Position numbers and translations under genes: made by a program
Shown: piece after piece, positions 36,185 to 48,390 of the stretch
How the letters are laid out: every line of letters starts with the position of its first letter
How positions within the stretch are numbered: position 1 is the stretch's first letter
Notes under the pieces: model-generated
What the model saw: the letters and a program-made list of their open reading frames with translations, nothing else
What the model was told of the DNA's origin: nothing
Database searches by the model: none
Source of the DNA: Squalus acanthias
Lineage: Eukaryota
Assembly (NCBI GenBank): GCA_030390025.1
Contig: CM059432.1
Coordinates: 49,230,001 to 49,294,000, forward strand
Direction: 5' to 3'
DNA: 64,000 bases

Positions 36185-36918
36185 AGTATTTTCCTGACTT
36201 TTAATGAGCACTATGAATTGCCGTTATGTTCTTACCTTGGTTTCAATGGCGAGTTTCTGGAAGCTTAGGAAACCTGTGGATGCGGTTGAATGCAGGTTGA
36301 AATATTACTACAAAGGAGCGATTAACATATTTAAATTGCTAACCTTCCTCTCCGGAGGGGGGTTATGTGCGTTGGAGCAGGCTTCCGTACGCGAACATAT
36401 GCTCAGCCACTTTAACCCTCCAGCCACATCTAAACCCACACTCTGCTCCAGATTAAAATCCCCCATTGTCTTACAATGCCCGTGGAACAAGCTGTTATAA
36501 TCATTCAGCCAATAACAACCTATTGTATGCTTAAAATGAAATGTGAGACTAATTACTGTTTACCCAGTGATATTGGAAAGGGGGTTTGGATGCCTGCCTC
36601 TTCGTTATTACTCTTCCCACTCTCCTCTTTCTTCTGATGTCTTTATATCTTACTTACTGTGCAGTAAGAACAGCATTTTAGTAGTGGTCTGAGCTGGTAG
36701 CCGCAGGTACACCATATGTTTGCATTGCCCGAGAAAGACTGAGCTCCATGTATGGGAACTGAAACACATGCATGGAGTGCTGTTTACCAAATCCTGGCTC
36801 GGGTAAGTTCATGCTGACCGAGAAAAGCTTGTTATGTTTCTGAAGATTTTTATGTCAAATATTTTTTTCTCAGACCACTCCCATGGTGAGCCCTCATTCC
36901 CGAGCAACCAGAGTGCTT

Positions 36919-37942
36919 GGGGGCGATTTTCAGCAAGTACTTTAGGCACTAAAGAGATAGCCAAGATGGGGTCTTAAGCTGAAACGCAGTTTAGCCCGTG
37001 TTTAGTGCAAGACACCATCTTGGTAAAGGGGTTGAAGCCAGAGCTCGGAAAGGCCGCGCGGAGGCTTGTTAAACAGCTGATTGCCAATTAAAATGCCTGC
37101 TAGCGCTCATTAAAGAGGCTGCATGCCATTTTGGTGGCTAGCGCTTCAACTAACGCCCGCTCCTAACAGTGAGCAGCTGTTTGGGAGTAAACATGGCATT
37201 GATGTCAATTTCAAGCGCTACGTAAAGGGATACTCACTATTTCATGATCATTACTGCTGGAGCTGTGAAGTGGACACATCGGGAAACTTTCTGGGACACT
37301 TTGTCAAGACTTCACTAACACACGAGCAACATTGATTCCAGAAATTCTCTGAGGACTTCACTTAAAAAAAGTGCTGTGCTACTCCACTTTATTGGTCACC
37401 TTATAGGAGTCACCAGGAGAAAGGGAGTGTTTGGTCATGGGCATCTTGCTAGGCATCCGCCTTGATCTGGACGAGGAATGGAAGGAAGACATGAGGCCAG
37501 GCAGAAAAGCACCAGCTGCTACAGGAGAGAGGGACAGGAGGACGAGGTGGTGTCCTTCCCCCCTGTGGGTACAGGACATCACTCCTCCTTTGGACATCCT
37601 CCAGCAGGACCTCCAGTGCCGCATCCGAGAACCTGTGTGTCTTCTCAATTGGTCCCTGAGCCATCCTGTACTGTGCCGCTGTGTGCCAGCCAGAGCACTC
37701 CCCACCTTCAGTGGAAGTGGGTGCGAAGAGCCCACATATACTGCACCACAAAAATTATGTCTAATCAGCACCTGAGTGTTAAATCTTCTGGTTTCTGGTT
37801 AGTACCGTTAGGCAAGTTCAAATTATGGTAATCAGCAATTAGAACCAAAATTGTGTGCTAAATCCAGACTTTCAAACAGGCGTGTCTTATTAGCATTTCA
37901 CCCATTTAGCACCTGTTTTCACCCTTTAGCCAAAATAACTCC
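36919..37942. mobile_element. Non-autonomous Harbinger internal-deletion derivative, copy 2
   Basis: Colinear end to end with 1464-2512. TIR GGGGGCGATTTT / AAAATAACTCC. Confidence 0.85.
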
Positions 37943-38213
37943 TTTGGCCTAGAAACTGGATAAATCCCGAAAATGGGCAGGGCCATCGCGCAGCGCTATG
38001 TGCCTGCGCCCGTTCAAAGTTGAGCAGGCAGCGCGCAAAATTCATGCTGCCTGCTCATTATAATGATTGAAGCGCTGATCTCAGCGCTAAAGGCATTGCT
38101 GATTGGTTTAGTGCTCAACAGGGGGACCAATATTAGGTGCAGTCTACTGGCCAATAAAGTTTGGCCTAGACTCTCTGCGCTACTTAAAGAGGAGGTGCTT
38201 TCTTGCAGAAGCA

Positions 38214-40052
38214 ATGGCCCAACAGCCAAGGGAAAGGGCAAGAAGATTTTCCGATGCGGCACTGGAGGCCTTGGTCCAAGGGGTCCAAAGACACCGTGAG
38301 GTCCTCTAACCGCAGGGGGACAGGAGGCCTTCAAGGTTGAACACCAGAAGACTCTGGGAGGAGATTGCTCAAGCCATCACTGCAACAAGTGTTGTATCTA
38401 GGACCTGGATCTAGTTACGCAAAAAGTTTAATGACCTCACACAAGTGGTCAAGATGAGTGAATGCATCATCAAATGCCATATCTCACCATCAGCACCACA
38501 AGCCTCACAAACTGCTCAATGCACCACACCCCCATTACTCACTTACCAATAATCTCTAGCTATCACCATTCATACCTCATAATCATAGCTTCACTTCACC
38601 CTCACACACTTACCACTGCTGCAAGACTTTCACCCACATCTCACCCCTTGCAGAAACTGTCAGCTATTCAACCATGGCAGGCACATCACCGAAACACATT
38701 GCACCACACTCACTGAAACACTTCCCTTTCTCTTGCAGGCAAAGGTGGCACACAACCACTGGGAACACCAGCAGACAGGTGGAGGGCAATCCAGAATTCT
38801 GAACCTACTGGACCTGGGGGAAGCAGTGCTCGGAATAATTGGAGGGGCAATCACAGAGTCCGTGGTGAGCGGGAACGTGAAAAGCATTGCTGATGATGAT
38901 GGTATGCTCACACCTAATCCTTCTCACATCCCACAATCTCTTCTCACTTACAAGCTGCTGATGGCGTATGCATGGATATCTTGCATTCCCCACCCACCTT
39001 TCCCTCACCACAACCTGACCCTTGTGCATTACTCCTTTCACATACCCAAGAACTGCCAGCAGCCCAGCCTATCCCTGAAGTAATGGAGGGGAAGAAGAAG
39101 CCTCACTGGCACTGCATCTGACACTCGCAGTCACCAGCTCAGAAAATGGCACTGTGTGTACTTTAGAGAGTAGTATAGAGGTGGGATCTGCGCGTGGTGA
39201 GTCACTGGGCACAAGTGGGCTGCAGCCAGGCCAAGGGGAAAGGGTAGCTCTGGTGCCAGCCCCCCAGAGTGCGAGTTTGCGCACGGGTTCTGCTGCACAG
39301 GACATAGATGATGACCATGATGGGGCAGTTTTCAGAAGAAGGGTGATGGGTATGCACACGGAAATCCTTGGTGCAATGGCAAGCCTGCCAGAGAGCCTCT
39401 TGTCAGTGTCAAGGAGCATGGAGGAGTCCGGCTCCAACATTGCACGTGGTTTTGTGCGGTGCTTGGACCCCATGATTTCCAGGATGGAAATGATGGGCAA
39501 CTCCATTAGAGAAGTTGAGGATCTAACCATCATGCTGGGTGTGATGAGCGATCTCACAGCTTCCATTGCAGCACAGGCGGAAGCGATCCAACTTCTCTCT
39601 CATGCAGTCTCAGCTTGCTGCCACACAAGCTCAGACTTCTGCCATCATGGCTGGGTTTACGAGTGTGGAAAGGGGCATGCAGGGTGTCACAGCACTTCAG
39701 CAATCTGTGCTCTAACAAATGGTTAGGAATGCTGAGGCGCCACCCTGGGGGTCCTCTGTCCTCTCTCAGGATGACAGCATTCCTACTCCCACGACTGCCA
39801 CTCCGGTGACCTTGCTGTTGCCTGTCATCCAGCCAGCCCAGACTTCTGCCGCCCATGCCGTGGTGGTGCAGTCTACAACTGGGCCTTCTAGGGCCAGAGC
39901 TGCTCCAGGTCATCCTGCAAGTCACCTCCACTGAAAGTCAGCAGCCTTTCACCAGTCATGCTGCAGCCACTGGGGGAGCACTTCGTAGGAGCACGAGAGT
40001 AGAAAAAGGTACACGGAAGACGAACACTAAAGGAATGCACAAGGGTGATTAG
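38214..40052 (+). pseudogene. Harbinger Myb/SANT-like gene (spliced)
   Basis: MAQQPRERARRFSDAALEALV...LWEEIAQ...KKFNDLTQVVK, then a mutated donor ATGAGT at 38454. Exon 2 starts 38739 (AKVAHN..TGGG). Ends GTRKTNTKGMHKGD*. Confidence 0.85.
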
Positions 40053-40740
40053 TTGACTTTGTTCGGTGATTTGATTTGCATTTGATAAATGTATTAATTA
40101 TGTTTGGAATGTGTGTTCTGTGGTGGCTCTCATTTCAGCTTTGTGCCCAGGAAGGCGCTGTGATGTTCCATGCCCGAGGGATGGTAAGGTGGGGAAGTGG
40201 CGAGCAATGGGGACCTGGGGTTTAATTCACTGGAACCAGAGTCTGATGAGGCACTCATGAACAGCCTGTCCGGAATGGGGATCTGCTGCCTGCCTCCTCC
40301 CTTCCTCCACTTCCTCCTCTTCCGCATCCTCCTTCTCTTCCTCTTCCTCCTCCTCCTGAGGTGGTCGTGGAATCCGTGGTGGCAAGGATTGCACATTCAG
40401 GATGGCCAAGTTGTGGAGGATGCAGCAGACCACCACAAAATGGGACACCCGCTCCGACGTGTACTGGAGGGCTCCTCCCGCGCGGTCAATGCAGCGGAAC
40501 CATTGCTTTAGCACCCTGATGGTCTGCTCGACGAGGTTCCTTGTGGCAGCATGGCTGTCATTATATGATTGCTGGCCATGAGTGATGGGGATGCGGAGGG
40601 GAGTCATTAACCAGGTGCAGAGAGGATAGCCCTGGTCTCCAAGCAGCCACCCTCGGTAGTTGAAAGATTGCTGGCACACTGGACTGGCGCAGATTAAAGC
40701 ATTATGACTGCTGCCAGGATACCAGGCATTCACCATCATG

Positions 40741-40877
40741 CTGTACAAAAGCAAAATACTGCGGATGCTGGATATCCAAAATAAAAACAGAAAATGCTGG
40801 AAATAGTCAGCAGGTCAGGCAGCATCTGTGGAGAGAGAAAATGAGTTAACGTTTCAGGTCGATGACCTTTCGTCAGA
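40741..40877 (-). mobile_element. Solo Penelope pLTR inserted in the transposase gene
   Basis: 9-bp TSD ACCATCATG at 40732-40740 and 40878-40886. Close match to 25505-25639. Confidence 0.88.
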
Positions 40878-40880
40878 ACC
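40843..40880 (-). ncRNA. Minimal hammerhead ribozyme motif
   Basis: GGUU-CUGACGA-a-AGGUC(auc)GACCU-GAAA-CG-UU^AACUC. Confidence 0.72.
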
Positions 40881-43538
40881 ATCATGATGCGCTGGGCATG
40901 GTCACACAACAACTGCACATTAAGTGAGTGGTAGCCTTTGCGGTCACGGAACATCTCAGGATTGGTATGTGCCGCCCGCAAAGCCACGTGTGTGCAGTCG
41001 ATGGCGCCCTACACCATGGGAAGCCTGCTATCCTGCCAAATCCACATGCGCACTCCTCCTGCTTCTCTCTGTTTAGAGAAAAGACAATGAAGTCCCTTCT
41101 CCTGGAGTACAGAGCCTCTGTGACCTTCCGGATGCAGCGATGGACGGCAAACTGGGAGATGTTAGCCATGTCTCCTGCTCCAGACTGGACGGATCTGATG
41201 GCAAATAAATTGAGGTTACCTTGAGGGCCACTGGCAGAGCCGTTGTCGTCCTGCTCTGAGGCTGCAGGTCTGGTTCCAGGAGGTGGCAGAGTTCTGTGAC
41301 CACCTCCTTGGTGAAGCAGAGCCTCCTAATACACTGCTCCTGGCTTAGGTGCAGGTAGGAGATGTGCTCCCTGAAGACCCTAGGTGGATAAGGCCTCCTG
41401 CTGAAAGCCCTCCTGCCCCTGCTCCCTCTGCGAGCATCTTCTCTTCTTCTTCACTGCCTCCGCTCCATCTCCCTGTCATACACAAGCGCAAGGGGGACTG
41501 CAAGTAGAGCCCCCATGACTGGGAGCAAGTGGTGTGAGCAGAGGCCTTTAAATGAGAAGCAGGGTGTTCTCTACTTGCAGCAACACTCCTCGTCACGTCA
41601 GCAACTTTAAGTAACTGTAGAAAGCTCCAAACAGTTGCACAAACTTACACAAAGCCAATAGAACTGAAAAAGCAAGTCAGCTGCTACTTGTTGATGATCC
41701 CTTTAAATAGCACTGGCGGGGGCTCCTTCCTGCTGTTGAATGCATGGTTAGTTGGTCATGATTAGGAGAGGGCGTTAAATGGAGCACTGACGTCGAAAAT
41801 GGCAGATCGTGCGTCAAATCAGCGTTGCACGCTCATTGACGTCACGATTTGCCTCATCTAAATATCTGGAGTGAGCGCAGGCAACTGCAGCGCTGCCGAC
41901 CTGCCCAAAATGGCAGCCGCCCCGGACACGTCGGAAGCAGGCGGAAACGAGGCTGCCGCCATTTTTTATTCCTAACCAGCCTTAACGGCCGACGCTAAAG
42001 GCTACAATGCCGCAGCATTTATCTTTTATCTGCCCAACAGATAATTTGTAGCAAGAACAGGGTTTGAGCAAAAATCCCTCCACACTGTAATTAGGCTTCC
42101 TGATGTATCACGTGCCCTCACATGGTCTTCCTTGAACTTGGTAGGCAGTAGGATAAACGCTTTATTAGACCATGACTTGGATACTGGATTGGGTTTGTGA
42201 TAGGGTCATATGCTTTTATGAGTTAACAGTCAACTGACAGAGGGGCAAATCATACCATCAACTGGTTGGATTTGAACTCAGTTCTTAAGAGTGAAAGGCC
42301 TCTGTGCTAATCAACTGTGGATGCCGTTATCCATGTTAATTCATTTCATATTTTTCAACATTATGAACTGCCTGATTATTAATGTTATGTGATCTTAAAG
42401 GGATTATTTTACACATTTGCGCTCCTCCTGCAGAGCCTTGCCCACCAGGAGTGCACATCAGAAAAATATGGCCCCTTACATCTTCTCATTTTCCACATCT
42501 TTGTTAAAATTATCTATAGCATTGGTATTTTTGATAGACCTTTACTGCCAGGTATCCTCCCAAGTCACACTCACCATGAGGTGTGAGCAGTCACTTCATT
42601 TGTGCTTCGTATGTTTAACCCTTTTCCATTTTCAATTGTTTCTTCTCCATCTCCATAATCAAACAGATCAGTCTACTGATTTGAAATTTAATCAAGTGGT
42701 AATTTCTAAAGCACTCCCAGTGGAGAAATTTCCCTGGTGTCTAATTAAGCACAATTTTGACTTATCTACCAAGGTTTATTGACCACTGCACTGTCTTTCT
42801 GTCCAGTTAATTTCAAACCTGGTGTGTTGCCTTGTTGTTAATGTTTCACTCCCTTCCTCAGTGTGGTATCCAGCCTGATTACAGAGAATATTTCTTGAAT
42901 ATTTTCATTCCCTTGACATTCTGTGACAGGCATCAACTAATGCACTCTTTTGTCTTACTAATAAGAGGCACTCCTCCTTGGTATTGTCTTACTTTTCCAG
43001 TTGGCTGCAAGTTATTTATGGGAATGATATAGCCCAATCTTCAAAGGCCTTCTCTCACTGAAGACTGTAATGTATCTGGTGGATTTTACTTTCATTCGAT
43101 AGGAGGTTACATATGTTTGTGATAGGTTTTAAACTCCCCTTTGTGTGTTAGAAGTATTCTTTCGTAGGCTTCTGACTTATCTCTGCACCTACACATTACA
43201 CTGTCATCCCTCATCATCCTTGGTACATCTCTGTATTTATATGATGTCAACTTTTGTTACTTTCAGCTCATATCTGCATTTATATGGTAAGTTTCCCGCT
43301 CTTGGCTCACCTTTCTACTTTTGGCAAAACTCTATTTTCTTGACTAATTCTTCATAGCTCGACTGCTTCCAGATCCTTACTTCTATACATGATTTCCATC
43401 TCTGAAGTATTCTATCCATGTTTGTACTTTGGTAAGCAAGTTGATGTTATCCACTGCTTAAAGTCAACCAAGAGCTTTTGAAAGCAGTAGCCCTCAATTA
43501 AATAAGTATGACTGCTCCCTCCCTACATACAAAGTATT

Positions 43539-44263
43539 GGCACGGAATTTGCAGTTGTAATGACGGCGAAACAGTCAGCGTTCGCCGTCATTACTCTGTA
43601 AAACTGACAGCAACTTCTGGCATCCGCACATGCGCAGTTAAACGTGTAAATCCGGACATTGCTGTCAGTGATGCCCTGCTCCTCCACAGGGTGCGCTGTT
43701 GCAGTCTTCACTTATGAAATCAATTAGAAATCACTGATTTGACATGAACTTTATAACTTTTTACACACTCTGTAAAAACCATTGAAAAAGTTAAGCCTTG
43801 TTGAATGAGGGGTAACTGAGTTTTAACAGTATACTAAGTCATAATTACTGCTGAACAACCTCTCTGGCCCTGAAAAACTAATTTTAAATTGTGGAGCATC
43901 ATTCCTTCAATTCCATGATAAAAATTCCATAGATTTCTAAAATAATAAGTGTGATTTTTTTTTAAAGTTTGTTTGATATTTCAGCTTCTACCTTAATCCC
44001 ATGGGCATGTCCCAATCTTTATTTTGCATTCTATAAAATGATTAAAAAGTGAATGATAAAACCTGCTTTTTACTTCCTGGTTTGCTGTTTGTGAGAATTC
44101 TTCAATGTGATTGGCTGTTCAGCCTGCTTGATGACATCACTGATGCTGGACACCACAGTGGTGCCAGATGGAAAGTCATGTCGGAAAAGGGGAAATTAAC
44201 GCCACAGAGTCTGCTAAAACTTTGTGGGCAGCTTTCTTCGAGGTCAGCGGCAAAATCCGGGTC
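43539..44263. mobile_element. Harbinger-type MITE
   Basis: TIR GGCACGGAATTTGC / GCAAAATCCGGGTC. ATT/AAT flanks. Layout similar to 12705-13442. Confidence 0.7.
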
Positions 44264-45862
44264 AATGTAATGTTTATGTGCAACAAACTCCCAATTAAAA
44301 CAGATAATTTATGTCTATTAACTTTTTTTTAAAAGAGCTCGATAAATACCTATTTAAGAATTGGGTTAAAGGTAGGATAAGCGTAGACGATCAAATACTC
44401 TGCAGAAGATGACAGTTTCCTTGCTGATGGAACCATGGACATGTCTTATGTGGAACATAGCTGACCAGAGATGGATATTATGGCGTTCTGGATTGGACTG
44501 ATATCCTGGAGTATCATTTGATTATCTTTGGTCAGTGAGGAATTTCACAGAGTTATCGTTCAAGAGATTGGGGAGTTGGAATCTGTGATACGACAAATTA
44601 TACATGGTCTATGGAGCAAGAAACCTAATGGGGCAAATGTCCCTTTCTCATTTCACAGTTTCTTGCTTTATGTTCTAAACTAAAGCAAGGCCCATAGTCA
44701 GGTAAGAAAATATCTACATCATCTCGAGTCCTACAATGACACGATTTGTTCATGTTGCTGGTCCTTACTTAATATGCTGGCTAAGAATTGGCTAAATCCA
44801 GGCACTAGATTATCACACAAGAGGGTCAACGAAGACCTATGAAATAAAGTAAAAATAATCCAACTTCTGTATTCAGAAGCATTGACAGATTTCTTTCTGA
44901 TCTTTTGAACTGCTCTAGATTTGAAAAGTTTATGAGTGAGATCTTCAAATGTATTTTTATAACATTTTGCATCTCTTTTAAATACTTTAAAAAAATCATC
45001 TTTTTACACCTATTTCAAATGAAAAAGCAAACATTCCTGCTATGAAACCTATCCTGCCGAGGCCAGATACCTCCCTTTTATCATATTTATATATTTGAAT
45101 CCTGATAAATGTGTAGCTAGTTCACCAAAATAAAATTGTTCAACTTGGATCAGAATTACTATACAAGACAGAGATATGTTTCTAAAACAGAGATACAGAA
45201 GTATCACACACAATGCCGTGTAATCGCTAGGTGACATTTGCAAGTGAAATGATTACAGTTAGGAGCTGATGTTGTGCTATTAGTCATCCATTACGCTTGT
45301 GTGCGTTAGGTGCTTGATGCTCGGCTAATCAGGTACAAAGGCCTGTGTGTGCTTCTGCACCTGAGGTGCACAGCACTTGAAATTGTGGGCCAGATCCACA
45401 TCCCGTGCTTGGAACCTGTGCATTGACCATGCGCAAAGCCCATTACAGCTACCAGCTTCATTCAAATGACTCGGCCTCCCAATAATGCAACTGGGAAGTG
45501 AGAGTGGTGTCTTATAAGCTGTTTGACTGTTTCAATTTTGTGTTGCTAGAGAGGCCTGTTTGCTAGTTGTGTCCTTTCTACTTAAAGGGGCATGGCGTTT
45601 TGGCTGCCATTTTGTAAGTAACCTTGTTTCTACACTGTTTTGGTTTCCTAGCACAAGGGAACTTCTTGGAATTTTTTGCACACTTCCTTAGATCTCCCTA
45701 AAGTGGCAATGCCTCTTTTCTGACTGAATCATTGTCCAGCTACAATTGTTATACAGCCCTATACCTTTCAGGTATGGGTATTCCAATGAGCATACCTTGC
45801 TTTTTATAATTTCAGAAGAATGAGGCTATGGATCAGTGAAGGAATGAAACTTAGGTGAGGGG

Positions 45863-46025
45863 GTGGTGAAATTAATCTTGGGCAGTCGTGCAAAATGAGC
45901 AATAGCAAATCAACAGCCTGTTTTACAATCTGCCCGAGTTTGTTTTCCATTGTATTGGAGTGTAAAACAGGCTGCCGATTCACTATCGCCCATTTTGCGC
46001 TACAGCCTACGATGGATTTCACCCT
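45863..46025. mobile_element. Palindromic MITE nested in element D
   Basis: GGTGAAAT / ATTTCACC ends. CAGCCTGTTTTACA pairs with TGTAAAACAGGCTG. Confidence 0.7.
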
Positions 46026-46489
46026 TAGCGTTTCTTTTCAGCACAGACATTAATTCCTCAACGAAGCCATCACCGAATTATGCACACTCTGCAGCCAGAC
46101 ATGGGCTCTAGTCTTGACTCATTGACAGCTCTGTCACTGTCTGTAAAAGTTACAGGCGCATTGAAATTTTATGCAGACTGCTTCCAGATAAGATGGGGAG
46201 ATCACATTTCCCACACTTCAATTCCCAATTGCGTCAAGTACATGAGTGACATGTGGTTTATCAGGACCAGGGAGTTCATGCGGTTTGCTGCGAAAAGCAA
46301 CCAGCAACAAAAAACAGTCCTCTACTTCACCCGTCTATGAGGATTCTCATGGTTTTCATTCTTTGCTGCAAAGGATGGGTCAGAAGATAGCCCTGTAAGT
46401 GAGTGACTGCCTGGGCCTTTAAATTGTGCAAATAGTCTGTCGTCAGTTGAGTGGAGAGTCTGGGAGTTATGGCTGTGCCACTATGGAGA

Positions 46490-46582
46490 GAAAAAAAGAC
46501 TTACATTTATATAGCGCCTTTCACAACCTCAGAATGTCCCAATGCGTTTTAAAGCTAGTGAAGTGCTTTTGAAGTGCAGTAT
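46490..46582 (-). mobile_element. Deu-domain SINE 3' fragment
   Basis: ACTTACATTTATATAGCGCCTTTCACAACCTCAGAATGTCCCAA tail. Confidence 0.7.
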
Positions 46583-47292
46583 TATCATTCATGCCAGCTC
46601 CCGCCATTTCCCTGCTGCTGGTCCTTCTCTCAGGTTATGATGTTTTGCTGGCTGCTTTATGACTGTCCAACTCTGACTCCCCAATGTGGTTAATCCAGAG
46701 GACAGCTTGGAGCTGAAGACTTCCATAGTGCTAGTCGAAGCATTGCCGAGAGAAGCTTGAGCTTTGAACTTTGGCCAGGAGAGGCTCGTTTTAAGAGGGT
46801 TTGGGGTGACTATCCTCTCCATGGTGATCTGTAGCTCAGTCAGGCAATCATGCAGCACTGCACTGATGCAGGTTGTGGATTTATCCATAGCCACTCCTAA
46901 ATTGTACAGGCAGTGTGACACAGCATTAAATTACTCCACGTTATGCTACTGAATTACAGTGGAAGCGGGCCATGAGAGTTCCAAATCACCGGGCACAACA
47001 GCTGCAAAAGTCCTCGGGGCGGCAGTTTGTGTCTCCTGAAATGCAACCTGTACTTTCTCCCCATCACTCATGCTCCAATAAAGGGTTCCATCCTGCAACT
47101 CACTAATTGGCCCAGCAGAGTGTACATCTCTGTGCTGGCACTTGCCACTGTAGACTAGGTGATGTTGGATGCCATGAAGTGCTAGATAGAGGCTAAAAGA
47201 TTGCTTGTCTCAGTGCCCAATAAGAACAACAAACCCAAACAGAAGAACATCCTTTACTTTTCCAATGATACACCCCTTGAAACATAGATGTA

Positions 47293-47860
47293 CAGGAAAC
47301 TCTTTGGTATCCGGCACCGACGGGACCGGCGTGGTGCCGGTTGATCGAAAGTTCCGGATAACGGAGAGTTATATCTACCGAGGCTATTTTTAACATTAAA
47401 AAATCAAGAAATGTGCAGTAAACAGTATTTGGTTACTCACCTACAGAATGTTGTGTTAAATGGATGGTGGAAGATGCTTGATTAAGTACAGTACTGCCAG
47501 TTGAGGGTAATCCATAACTCTTTAATTACTTAACAGTAAGTGAGACTCCCGGCAGTGCGGGAGAATCAGACTCCTGTTACTGCAGTGTTCGGACTTCCAA
47601 CAGCACCAGGAGGCCGAGTAGTGGCACTTTGGAGAACTACCCCCACTGACTAACTCGGCGTTCGCGGGAGACTCGGACTCGGACTCGGCAACATTGCCGG
47701 TTATTTGAGAGGAGTTTTCGGAGTACTCGGCGTTCGCGGGAGACTCGGACTCGGACTCGGCAACATTGCCGGTTATTTGAGAGGAGTTTTCGGAGTATGA
47801 TTTTTGCCGGTTAAGAGAGAATTCCGGATATTAAGGTGCCGGTTAAACAAGAGTTTCCTG
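47293..47860. mobile_element. Tc1/mariner (pogo/Tigger-type) MITE
   Basis: 26-bp imperfect TIR CAGGAAACTCTT......CCGGCACC, TA on both flanks. Confidence 0.85.
47653..47796. repeat. Perfect 2 x 72-bp tandem duplication
   Basis: 47653-47724 is identical to 47725-47796. Each unit contains (GACTCG)3. Confidence 0.95.
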
Positions 47861-48321
47861 TACATGACAAGAGATTGCAGTGTGATGCACTGAAATGCTA
47901 CAATGCAGCCTTTATGACTAAATGAATGATTAAGTAAAAAGGGAGTTAACTGTTAAAAGTAAGTTATGTTAGTCATGAACTGGAGCAAGGCCTTATTCTG
48001 CCTCCCACACAATTCCATGCCCACTATCTCAATGGCCTTTTCTTCACGAGGATTTAAGATTTCAAGAGCCCTCTTCAATCAAGTGTAGTCTTTTCTGTGA
48101 GCAGGCATGAAATGGACATAATTAAAAAAAGGAATTTTGCTATAAAGTGCTCAAGACAGCATTCATCTTTTGAGTGTGCACATTTTTGTGTTGCCATAGT
48201 ACTTAATGCCTCAACCTTGATTTATTTAATGCCCGACATATTTGCAAAGTTCCAGTGAAAAGGTAGATGATGCGAATGTCAGTGCATTTACCTAGATTAG
48301 CAGTTGCATAAGTGTCCTGCA

Positions 48322-48390
48322 TTTAGGGATGGGCAATAAATGCTGGCCTTGCCAGCGACACCCACATCTCGTAAATGAATAAAAAAAAAA
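48322..48390 (+). mobile_element. 3' tip of the CR1-group LINE
   Basis: GGGCAATAAATGCTGGCCTTGCCAGCGACACCCACATC plus poly(A). Confidence 0.85.

Larger units (their letters stand above)
40227..41516 (-). pseudogene. HARBI1-type DDE transposase
   Basis: MGALLAVPL start; GAIDCTHV; RKGYHSLNVQ; GWLLGDQGYPL; TRNLVEQTI; CCILHNLA; poly-Glu tail. Frameshifts and a pLTR insertion. Confidence 0.92.
37946..42000. mobile_element. Harbinger transposon C, decayed, right TIR not found
   Basis: Left end GGCCTAGAAACTGGA. Subterminal regions and both genes are homologous to element A. Confidence 0.88.

Noticed and set aside
40227..41516. Domesticated host HARBI1 gene
   Set aside because: Frameshifts, a pLTR insertion, a linked Myb gene and several paralogous copies indicate a transposon.
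47653..47796. CRISPR-like array
   Set aside because: Only two contiguous units, no spacers, eukaryotic context.
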